A DNA stretch of 45,670 nucleotides, taken from assembly GCA_041166365.1 (NCBI GenBank), contig JBEEFX010000313.1, forward strand, positions 1-45,670. The letters run 5' to 3'. This document shows positions 35,145 to 42,379 of the stretch, piece by piece. Numbering within the stretch: the first letter of the stretch is position 1; each line of letters opens with the position of its first letter. This stretch comes from Acidimicrobiaceae bacterium (GTDB lineage: Bacteria; Actinomycetota; Acidimicrobiia; Acidimicrobiales; JACDCH01). The translations under genes were made by a program, and so were the position numbers. The notes below the pieces were generated by a model. That model was not told the origin of the DNA and did no database searches. It was given only the letters and a program-made list of their open reading frames with translations.

Positions 35145-36776
35145 ATGCCCTGTTGTTGCCACATGACCCGGCGGCAGCTGCTGCAGTGGGCGGGCCTCGT
35201 GGCGGCGACACCATTGCTCTCGGCGCTCGACGACACCGCCCGGGCGTATGGCATGACGCGCGCCGCGAGCGCAGGTCCGATGCTGTCGATCAACCTCGAG
35301 CTCGTCACGTTGACCGAGACGACTGCGATCCTCACGTGGTTCACCGGTGACCCGAGCCAGCCCGATGGCATGGGTCGCCTGGCGCCGGTGCCCGCGGACA
35401 CCGAGGTGCTGCTCGGCACCGCGCCGTCGAGCCTGCAGCAGGTGTTCTTCGATGCCACGCCGACGCCGTTCCACTACGTCGAGCTGACGAACCTCGAGCC
35501 CGGGCAGACCTACTTCTATGTCGCGCAATCGGCGGGCGTGCCTGCGACCTCGTCGGTCAACGCGTTCGGCAACGGCGTCGGCAGCTCCACGCTCGACATC
35601 TCACCATCGGGCCCGTTCACCTTCATGACGCCGCTGCCGCCGCCCGGCTCGTTTCTCTTCGCGCTCGCGCTGTGCAACGACTTGCACTTCGGCGAGACGA
35701 TCGCCGGCCTCGCGACGAGTGCGGGCGGCGGGATCCCACCGGGGATCCAGCAATCTCCCGGGCAGCCGCCGTATGCCGAGGTGATGGCGGCCGCACTCGC
35801 GGTCGAGGCCCGTCAACGCGGCGCCGACCTGCTCGTCGCCGCGGGTGACATCACCAGCGAGGGATCGCAGCACGACGTCGCGACCGCGAAGTCCTTCCTC
35901 GATGCGTTCGGGCCGCACGGAGAGAGCTACGTCGTGGCCCGCGGCAATCACGACCGCCCGCACACCGGTGACGAGACGGCCGCCTGCTCGGCGGTGTCCG
36001 GCCACGAGGACTATCACGACTGCTTCCGGGACGCGTTCTTCTCGGCCGGCCCGACGTGGTTCAGCGCGCAGGCCAACGGTCTGCGGGTGATCGGTCTCGA
36101 CACGTACGACAAGATCGGCAGCGGCGGTGACAACGGCGTGCTGAGCGACGAGCAGTGGGCCTTCTTGGGCAACGAGCTCAGCCGAGATCGCGATCAGCCG
36201 ACGCTCGTGCTCGGGCATCACCCGGTGACAGTGGAGGCGACGGCGACGACCATCCCGCCGGTGAGCTTCGACATGGACCCACAGCAGGCCGCCCGCCTCG
36301 AGTCGTTGTACGCGCGGAGCCCTGGCGTGTTCCTCCACCATGCGGGGCACACGCACCGGAACAAGCGCACCCTTTCGACGACCGCGACCGACGTCGTGTT
36401 CCAAGAGGTCGCCGCCGTCAAGGAGTACCCGGGCGGGTTCCACCTGCTGCGGGTGTTCACGGGCGGATACGCGCTGAACTTCTACAAGTTCCGCAACGCG
36501 CTTGCGCAGGAGTGGTCGGAGCGCAGCCGTCAGGAATACGGAGGCCTCGCGCCGTTCTATGTGTTGGGCAACGTGGCCGATCGCAACTCGGTTGTCGCCC
36601 GCGACTTCTCCGATCTCCGTGCGAACGACGGCACCGGCTTCACGGCGACTCCCGAGCGAGAGCTGGCCAACACCGGGACGCCGAACGACGCCGCGACGGT
36701 CGTTGCGGGCGTCACTGCTGCGGCCGCGGTGGCCGCTCGGGCGTGGCTCAGCTCGCGCGCTGACGCAACGCCTTGA
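35145..36776 (+). CDS. Tat-exported, sortase-anchored (LAXTG) purple-acid-phosphatase-like metallophosphoesterase
   Basis: Twin-arginine signal MTRRQLLQWAGLVAATPLL. FN3-like PAP N-domain. Metallophos motifs NDLHFG, AAGDITSEG, ARGNHD, LGHHP and AGHTHRN. C-terminal LANTG, then a hydrophobic stretch, then RAWLSSR. ATG 35145 or 35163. Confidence 0.8.
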   Translation: MPCCCHMTRRQLLQWAGLVAATPLLSALDDTARAYGMTRAASAGPMLSINLELVTLTETTAILTWFTGDPSQPDGMGRLAPVPADTEVLLGTAPSSLQQVFFDATPTPFHYVELTNLEPGQTYFYVAQSAGVPATSSVNAFGNGVGSSTLDISPSGPFTFMTPLPPPGSFLFALALCNDLHFGETIAGLATSAGGGIPPGIQQSPGQPPYAEVMAAALAVEARQRGADLLVAAGDITSEGSQHDVATAKSFLDAFGPHGESYVVARGNHDRPHTGDETAACSAVSGHEDYHDCFRDAFFSAGPTWFSAQANGLRVIGLDTYDKIGSGGDNGVLSDEQWAFLGNELSRDRDQPTLVLGHHPVTVEATATTIPPVSFDMDPQQAARLESLYARSPGVFLHHAGHTHRNKRTLSTTATDVVFQEVAAVKEYPGGFHLLRVFTGGYALNFYKFRNALAQEWSERSRQEYGGLAPFYVLGNVADRNSVVARDFSDLRANDGTGFTATPERELANTGTPNDAATVVAGVTAAAAVAARAWLSSRADATP

Positions 36777-37203
36777 GCGCCTTGTCAGCGTGGGAGTTCA
36801 TGCTGATCTCACTGTTGATCACCGCGAGGACGGTGCTGTCGGTATCGATGACGAACGTGGAACGCTTCGTCGGCGAGATTCCGAACCCGCGCTTCACGCC
36901 GAACTGTTCCGCGACCGTGCGTTCGGTGTCGGCCAGCAGCGGATAATCGAAGCTGTGCTTGTCGGAGAACTGCTTTTGCTTCTCCACGGTGTCCGCGCTG
37001 ATGCCGACGCGCTGCCCCCCGGCCTCCTTGAACTCCGAGGCGAGGTCACGGAAGTGGCAGCTCTCCTTCGTGCAGCCCAGCGTCATGGCCGCCGGATAGA
37101 AGAACAGCACGACCGGACCGTCGAGCAGGAACTCGCTCAGCTTGCGCGGCGTTCCTGTCTCGTCGGGGAGCTCGAAGTCCTGGACCTTGTCGCCGGTTTG
37201 CAC
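36748..37203 (-). CDS. bcp: thiol peroxidase, Bcp-type peroxiredoxin
   Basis: VVLFFYPAAMTLGCTKESC (Cys-x4-Cys) and FDYPLLAD. GTG 37203. The longer ORF to 37608 is antisense to glbO. Confidence 0.85.
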   Translation of the reverse strand: MQTGDKVQDFELPDETGTPRKLSEFLLDGPVVLFFYPAAMTLGCTKESCHFRDLASEFKEAGGQRVGISADTVEKQKQFSDKHSFDYPLLADTERTVAEQFGVKRGFGISPTKRSTFVIDTDSTVLAVINSEISMNSHADKALKALRQRAS

Positions 37204-37210
37204 CGCGCCG

Positions 37211-37220
37211 ACCCTAGTGT
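37211..37220. promoter_or_regulatory. Overlapping divergent -10 hexamers (ACCCTAGTGT) for bcp and glbO
   Basis: Plus strand: TAGTGT at 37215-37220, 7 nt before GTG 37228. Minus strand: TAGGGT (37216-37211), 7 nt before GTG 37203. Confidence 0.5.
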
Positions 37221-37227
37221 CGACGAC

Positions 37228-37602
37228 GTGGAGGAGGACATCTCGGTCTACGAGGCGGTCGGCGGGATGCCGTTCTTCGTGGCGCTGGTCGATCGCTTCT
37301 ACGCCCATGTCGCTCACGACGTGATGCTGCGGCCCCTGTACCCCGACGACCTCGGACCGCCGGCGGAGCACCTCGCTCTGTTCCTCGCGCAGTACTGGGG
37401 TGGGCCCACGACGTACAGCGACGGTCGCGGCCACCCGCGGTTGCGGATGCGCCATGCGCCCTTCGCGATCGGGCAGCGCGAGCGCGATCGCTGGATGCAT
37501 GCGATGACCGCGGCGCTCGACGATGCCGACCTCGCGCCCGATCTCCGCAAGCGGTTCGACGACTACTTCGTGATGGCGGCCGACAGCCTCGTCAACAGCT
37601 AA
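37228..37602 (+). CDS. glbO: group II truncated hemoglobin (trHbO)
   Basis: SVYEAVGGMPFF, LRPLYP.DDL, LFLAQYWGGPTTYS..RGHPRLRMRHAPF.IG..ERD.W. Confidence 0.88.
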   Translation: MEEDISVYEAVGGMPFFVALVDRFYAHVAHDVMLRPLYPDDLGPPAEHLALFLAQYWGGPTTYSDGRGHPRLRMRHAPFAIGQRERDRWMHAMTAALDDADLAPDLRKRFDDYFVMAADSLVNS

Positions 37603-37609
37603 CGCCACC

Positions 37610-37615
37610 TAGGGT
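37610..37615 (+). promoter_or_regulatory. Putative -10 (TAGGGT) 6 nt before the VOC gene ATG
   Basis: TAGGGT at 37610-37615, then 6 nt, then ATG 37622, within the 19-nt gap after glbO. Confidence 0.35.
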
Positions 37616-37621
37616 TGCGCG

Positions 37622-38029
37622 ATGAGCGTCAACCTCACCAAGGACTCGATCGACCTCGGCATCGTCACGAACGACGCCGACGCATCCATCGCCTTCTACC
37701 GCGACGTGCTCGGCTTCGAGGACCTCGGCGAGTTCCCGATGCCTGGCGGAGCAATGCGCCGGCTGCAGTGCGGTACGAGCACCATCAAGATCGTGTCGCT
37801 GAAGCGCGCTCCGGAGGCGAAGGCCCCTCCGGGAGGCATCGGCGGGGGCACCGGCTACCGCTACTGGACGATCTCCGTGTCGAACCTCGCGGAGATCGTC
37901 GCCGCGTGTGAGGCCGCGGGGGCCAAGGTGCCGATCCCGATCACCGAGCTGCGGCCCGGCGTCACGATCGCCATCGTCGAGGATCCCGACGGCAACTGGG
38001 TCGAGTTCCTCGGAGCGCAGTCGGACTGA
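37622..38029 (+). CDS. VOC (glyoxalase/bleomycin-resistance/dioxygenase) family protein
   Basis: ~135 aa with FYRDVLGF and a C-terminal EDPDGNWVEF, typical of the VOC fold. Confidence 0.75.
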   Translation: MSVNLTKDSIDLGIVTNDADASIAFYRDVLGFEDLGEFPMPGGAMRRLQCGTSTIKIVSLKRAPEAKAPPGGIGGGTGYRYWTISVSNLAEIVAACEAAGAKVPIPITELRPGVTIAIVEDPDGNWVEFLGAQSD

Positions 38030-38094
38030 GCGCGTCGAGCAGACGCAGTCGATCGCGTGACGCGTCGACGCTGCCGTGCTGCGATGCTGAATCG

Positions 38095-38655
38095 GTGAAG
38101 GTTCCCCGCAGCGTCGTGCTCGTCGAAGGCAGGAGCGATCAGGCCCCGTTCGAGGCCATCGCGGAGCGCCTCGGTCGGAACCTCGACGCGGCGGGGATCG
38201 CCATCGTGCCGATGGGAGGCGCGACCAACATTCGGACGTACCTGGAACGCTTTGGTCCCCGAGGGCGAGACGTCTCCCTGGCGGGCCTCTGCGATGTCGG
38301 CGAGGAGGACGCCTTCCGACGAGGTCTCGAGTGTGCCGGCCTCGGCGCCAACCTGACCCGGGCGGACATGGAGGCGTTGGGGTTCTACGTCTGCGTCGCC
38401 GATCTCGAGGACGAGCTGATTCGTTCCCTTGGCGTTGCCGCCGTGGAAGAGGTCGTCGACGCCGCGGGTGAGCTGCGGTCGTTCCGCATCATGCAGCAGC
38501 AGCCGGCGCATCGAGGGCGGCCGCCACAGGGACAGCTACGGCGCTTCATGGGCACGAGGAGCGGACGCAAGATCCGCTACGGACGTCTGCTCGTCGATGC
38601 GCTGGACCTGGCGAGGATTCCTCGCCCGCTCGAGGGAGTGCTCGCTCACCTCTGA
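38095..38655 (+). CDS. stand-alone TOPRIM domain protein of the OLD-nuclease type (no ATPase domain)
   Basis: N-terminal VVLVEGRSDQ..FEAIA (Toprim Glu), IVPMGGATN, GLCDVGEED, CVADLEDELI, and a C-terminal RRFMGTRSGRKIRYGRLLV. GTG 38095, preceded by GATGCT 6 nt upstream. Confidence 0.6.
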   Translation: MKVPRSVVLVEGRSDQAPFEAIAERLGRNLDAAGIAIVPMGGATNIRTYLERFGPRGRDVSLAGLCDVGEEDAFRRGLECAGLGANLTRADMEALGFYVCVADLEDELIRSLGVAAVEEVVDAAGELRSFRIMQQQPAHRGRPPQGQLRRFMGTRSGRKIRYGRLLVDALDLARIPRPLEGVLAHL

Positions 38656-38687
38656 AGCTACGCGCGACCCGGCGGGCCGCCAGCGGC

Positions 38688-39243
38688 TCAGGGCTGGCGG
38701 CCGGTGAACGCGATGAGCTTGGTCTGCTCGTCCGCATCCGCGGGCACGTCGACCTTCGGGCCGTATTGGCCGCTGCCGCGCAGCACCTCGTCCATCGGCT
38801 CCATGCCGACGAGCATGTCGTGCACGACGTCGGCGTCGAGGGTCTCGTCGAGGCCCGCGGCTCGTGCGATGTCCCAGGTGTGCACCACCACGTCGCCGAG
38901 GAAGAACATGCCGATCGCATCGTCGAGCCGGTGGGTCCCCGCGAGAGGGTGGCTGATCTCGGTTGCCGATGCGACCGGGTCGTCCAACAGGGACTGGATC
39001 CCGGCGTCGAGGGCGGCCCACGCGCCGGCAGGGTCTTCGTCGACCGAAGGGCCCACGGGCAAGGACGGGCCACCCGCAGTGGCGAGGAAGGCCGGCACCC
39101 AGTCGACGAGGTGGCGGACCACGTCGCGTGCCACCCAACCTTCGCACGGCGCGGGGTGCTCCCACGCCGCGTCGGGGACCTCGTTGACCCGCTCGGTGAA
39201 GCGGCCCGCCACGCGTCGATACCTGTCTGCGATCTCACTCATG
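38688..39243 (-). CDS. DinB-superfamily metal-binding protein (TIGR03086 / mycothiol maleylpyruvate isomerase N-domain-like)
   Basis: W.HPAPCEGWVARDVVRHL, and later GDVVVHTWDIARA. Start set to ATG 39243 because a TACGAT hexamer lies 6 nt upstream of it. ATG 39252 is an alternative. Confidence 0.7.
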
Positions 39244-39249
39244 GAGGAC

Positions 39250-39255
39250 ATCGTA
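39250..39255 (-). promoter_or_regulatory. Putative -10 (TACGAT) for the DinB-like gene
   Basis: On the minus strand TACGAT sits 6 nt before ATG 39243. Confidence 0.35.
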
Positions 39256-39286
39256 CGGACAGCGCCCCATCGGCGATGATGGCGTC

Positions 39287-40027
39287 GTGGCCCGACAACT
39301 CGACTGGCAGCGGCTGCTCGTCGATGGCTACGAGCCGCTGAAGAGGGCCCAGAAGGTGTTCCGACGGCTTCCACGTGACCCGCGGTGCAAGCTGTGTCAG
39401 AACCCGTTCGCCGGCATCGGCGGAAAGCTCGTCGGGTGGATGGGTCGCAAACCGTCCCGCAAGAATCCAAACCTCTGCCAGGCGTGCTTCGACTCGCTGC
39501 CGAGTGGTGGTATCGAGATCGACGTCGCCATCGTGTTCGCCGACGTGCGGGGCTCGACCGCGATCGGCGAACGATCATCGGCCACGGCATTCGCCGGTCG
39601 TCTCAACCGCTTCTACGCGACGGCAACGGATGTCTTCGTCACCCACGATGGGCTCATCGACAAGCTGATCGGCGACGAGGTCATGGCGCTGTTCATTCCC
39701 GGATTCGCCGGGCCCGACTACCGGCGGAAGGCGGTGCAGGCTGCCTTGGATCTCGCGGCCGCGGTGGACGACCTCCCCGTCGGCATCGCCGCGAACGCGG
39801 GTGTCGCATTCGTCGGCAACGTCGGATCCGGCACCGTGATGGACTTCACTGCCCTTGGTGATGCTGTCAACACCGGGGCGCGGATGCAGGGCCACGCACG
39901 TCCCGGGCAGGTCGTTCTGGCCGCGGCGCTCTACGACCTCGTGGCCGATCGGTACCCCGACGCCCACGCCGAGCAGGTCACCGTGCGCGGTCGGGAGGAG
40001 CCGATCGAGGTGCACGTCCTCGGCTGA
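39287..40027 (+). CDS. class III adenylate/guanylate cyclase with N-terminal 4-Cys zinc-ribbon
   Basis: CKLCQNPF...CQACF, then VFADVRGST, DKLIGDEVMALF, FTALGDAVNTGARMQ. GTG 39287, preceded by GATGAT 6 nt upstream. Confidence 0.8.
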   Translation: MARQLDWQRLLVDGYEPLKRAQKVFRRLPRDPRCKLCQNPFAGIGGKLVGWMGRKPSRKNPNLCQACFDSLPSGGIEIDVAIVFADVRGSTAIGERSSATAFAGRLNRFYATATDVFVTHDGLIDKLIGDEVMALFIPGFAGPDYRRKAVQAALDLAAAVDDLPVGIAANAGVAFVGNVGSGTVMDFTALGDAVNTGARMQGHARPGQVVLAAALYDLVADRYPDAHAEQVTVRGREEPIEVHVLG

Positions 40028-40078
40028 GGAGCAGGAAGCGTGTCCGGGCAGGCGGTCGCGGTCGATGAGGCTGCGCTC

Positions 40079-40084
40079 TAGCGT
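40079..40084 (+). promoter_or_regulatory. Putative -10 (TAGCGT) for the leaderless second bcp
   Basis: TAGCGT sits 6 nt before ATG 40091. Confidence 0.4.
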
Positions 40085-40090
40085 GATCGG

Positions 40091-40546
40091 ATGCCGCTCA
40101 AGCCAGGTGACAAGGCCCCCGCGTTCGCGTTGCTCGATCAAGATGGCAACAAGGTCAAGCTCTCGGACTTCAAGGGCCGCAAGGTGCTCGTGTACTTCTA
40201 TCCGAAGGCAGACACGCCGGGATGCACGAAGCAGGCGTGCGGATTGCGCGACGTGATGCCGAAGGTGGGTGACACCGTCGTGCTCGGCATGAGTCCTGAC
40301 AAGCCGGCCAAGCAGAAGAAGTTCGACGAGAAGTACTCGCTCGGGTTCCCGCTGCTCGCCGACGAGGACCATGCGGTCGCCGAGGCCTTCGAGGTCTGGA
40401 CGGAGAAGTCGATGTACGGCAGGAAGTACATGGGCATCCTGCGGTCGGCGTTCCTCATCGACGAGAAGGGCAAGATCGCCGAGGCCTGGTACAAGGTGAG
40501 CCCGCAGGACACCGCCACGAATCTCTTGAGGTCACTTGCCGGCTAG
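40091..40546 (+). CDS. bcp: thiol peroxidase, Bcp-type peroxiredoxin (second copy)
   Basis: KAPAF.L.DQDG, VLVYFYPKADTPGCTKQAC, FPLLADEDH and RSAFLIDEKGKI. Confidence 0.9.
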   Translation: MPLKPGDKAPAFALLDQDGNKVKLSDFKGRKVLVYFYPKADTPGCTKQACGLRDVMPKVGDTVVLGMSPDKPAKQKKFDEKYSLGFPLLADEDHAVAEAFEVWTEKSMYGRKYMGILRSAFLIDEKGKIAEAWYKVSPQDTATNLLRSLAG

Positions 40547-40562
40547 CGGCGCCGCCGCGCGA

Positions 40563-41846
40563 TCACGTCGATCGCTTGACGCCCCGTAACCGTTCGGCGA
40601 TGTGCACGATCGCGACGGCCGCGGCGACGATCAACACCGGCTCGACGGACACGCGCAAGCGCTGCTGCCCGTAGATCATCGCGGCCGTCAGCGTCACCGT
40701 GACGATCACCGCCACCAGCGGCAGCATCTGCACGCGACGGCGCCGCAGCAGCACGAGCCCATACACGGCGAGCAGCGCGACGGGCAGGTACGCGAGCCAC
40801 GACACGACCTGCCATTTGTAATTGCGGCTCTCGGCGGATTCGATGCTCGCACCTTGGATCGGGGCGTACAGGCTCCACTGACGCAGGATCCGCACGGGTA
40901 CCACGACGACGAGCCGCTTGGTGTGGTCGGTGATGTACTTCGTTCCGTCGTGCTGAAGGTCGTTGTTGTACGCGACCTCGCTGATCGTGTCTCGATTGGG
41001 TCGGTCGGTGCAGTCGAACGACCACGAGCCGAGGATGTGGCCGTAGTACGTGTCGTCGCAGTTGGCACCGGCCAGTGCTGTGCCGGTCTGCAGAGTGGCG
41101 ACCGTGGCGACCCCGAGCCGTCGTTGGTTGCGGATCACCCACGGCGCTACGACGAGCCCCGCGACGACGAGCGCGGCCGCGGCCAAGAAGACCCGCCGTT
41201 GCCAGGGCGCGCGAATCCCGAGGAGCGCGGCCGGCACGACGAGAACGAGCAGCAGGACGAGACCGTCGCCGCGCGTCAGGATGCCCGCGCCGCCGAGCAG
41301 TCCGACGAACGCCCACCGCCACGCCGTCGGTCGCTCCATCGCGCGGTACACCGCGAGCACGGAGCCCGCGACCAGCGGCACGTACAGCGTCTCGCTCATG
41401 ACTGCGGCGTCGACCGCCAGGAAGATCGGATAGCCCGCGGCGAGCGCGGCGGCGCACAGCCCGACCGCGTTGCCGCCGACCCTGCGCCCGATGAAGCCGA
41501 TGAGCACCACCGTCACCACACCCATCACGCAGCCGGCGTACTGGAACGCCCTCGTCGTGTCGGCGCCGCCCTTGGCGACGCCCGCGAGGAACAGCGGATA
41601 CAAGGGGGGACGGAACGCGGTCGGCACCGAAATGCCATGGAGGTACAGCTTCTCGGGATCGACGAAGCCGGCGTTGCCCACGATCGACCCGGAGACGAGT
41701 TGGTACCAGATCGAGTCCAGGCCCACCTGGAGCCGGTCGGCGAACGTGACGACGTAGGCCACTCGAATTGCGAGAGCGACCGCCGAGATCGCCGCCAGTC
41801 CGCTGGCGAACGGCGCCCGTCGCACTCCGTCGCGCCAGGAGACCAT
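40563..41846 (-). CDS. GT-C fold membrane glycosyltransferase (PMT_2/ArnT-like, GT39/GT83-type)
   Basis: ~10 TM segments, a first-loop DSIWY (DExxY-like) motif, FRPPLYPLFLAG, and a soluble loop containing CDDTYYGH...FDC. Confidence 0.65.
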   Translation of the reverse strand: MVSWRDGVRRAPFASGLAAISAVALAIRVAYVVTFADRLQVGLDSIWYQLVSGSIVGNAGFVDPEKLYLHGISVPTAFRPPLYPLFLAGVAKGGADTTRAFQYAGCVMGVVTVVLIGFIGRRVGGNAVGLCAAALAAGYPIFLAVDAAVMSETLYVPLVAGSVLAVYRAMERPTAWRWAFVGLLGGAGILTRGDGLVLLLVLVVPAALLGIRAPWQRRVFLAAAALVVAGLVVAPWVIRNQRRLGVATVATLQTGTALAGANCDDTYYGHILGSWSFDCTDRPNRDTISEVAYNNDLQHDGTKYITDHTKRLVVVVPVRILRQWSLYAPIQGASIESAESRNYKWQVVSWLAYLPVALLAVYGLVLLRRRRVQMLPLVAVIVTVTLTAAMIYGQQRLRVSVEPVLIVAAAVAIVHIAERLRGVKRST

Positions 41847-41852
41847 GGAGCG

Positions 41853-41858
41853 ACGCTA
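41853..41858 (-). promoter_or_regulatory. Putative -10 (TAGCGT) for the leaderless glycosyltransferase gene
   Basis: On the minus strand TAGCGT sits 6 nt before ATG 41846. Confidence 0.4.
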
Positions 41859-41914
41859 GACAAGATCCCGACTGTGATCTCACACCGCATCACCCGGCCG
41901 CCGTTGTTCTCGAT

Positions 41915-42379
41915 GTGACGCTGCCCCCGTTTCAGGCCGTCCTCGACGAGCACCGCCACGGTGTGCATCGCTATCTCGTGGCCGCGGTCGGGACTCACGA
42001 CGCCAACGACTGCTTCCAGGAGACGATGCTCGCCGCACTACGCGCCTACCCGATGCTCGGACACGCCGAGAACCTCGGCGGCTGGCTCTACACGATCGCT
42101 CATCGAAAGGTGATCGACGCCGTGCGTGCGCGCGACCGGCGCCCGCTGCCGGTGGCCGCCGTTCCCGAGCAGCGGTTCGAGCTGGCCGATCTGGGCGACG
42201 GTCCGGTGTGGGCCGTCGTCGAGGAGCTACCGCCCAAACAACGAACGGCGGTGCTGCTTCGGCACGCCGCCGACCGTCCCTACAGCGAGATCGCGGAGGT
42301 GCTCGAGTGCACCGAAGCGGCTGCACGCCAGAACGTGCGCGCCGGGTTGGCGCGTCTGCGAGAGGAGATGAGCCAATGA
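41915..42379 (+). CDS. ECF-type sigma-70 family RNA polymerase sigma factor
   Basis: Sigma-2 region (VHRYLVAAVG...DCFQETMLAALRAY...GWLYTIAHRKVIDAVR) and sigma-4 region (LPPKQRTAVLLRH..DRPYSEIAEVL.C...ARQNV..GLARLRE). GTG 41915 is the only in-frame start after the ORF-track start at 41768. Confidence 0.8.
   Translation: MTLPPFQAVLDEHRHGVHRYLVAAVGTHDANDCFQETMLAALRAYPMLGHAENLGGWLYTIAHRKVIDAVRARDRRPLPVAAVPEQRFELADLGDGPVWAVVEELPPKQRTAVLLRHAADRPYSEIAEVLECTEAAARQNVRAGLARLREEMSQ

Noticed and set aside
38062-38071. 10-bp perfect palindrome GCGTCGACGC upstream of the TOPRIM gene, considered as a possible operator.
   Set aside because: Short GC palindromes are frequent in this composition. It has no flanking extension and no second copy.
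38095-40027. TOPRIM nuclease-like gene near a class III nucleotide cyclase, considered as a possible cyclic-nucleotide (CBASS/Pycsar-like) defence module.
   Set aside because: The two genes are not adjacent or co-oriented as an operon: a convergent DinB-like gene separates them and each has its own start signals. The cyclase's downstream neighbour is a housekeeping Bcp with its own promoter. There is no effector-type TM or TIR domain and no mobile-element context.
41873-41884. TGTGA-TC-TCACA inverted repeat upstream of the ECF sigma gene, reminiscent of CRP half-sites.
   Set aside because: The half-site spacing is 2 nt instead of the 6 nt of CRP/GlxR sites, and a 5+5 inverted repeat is weak evidence. 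I also found no convincing GGAAC-type ECF -35 element.
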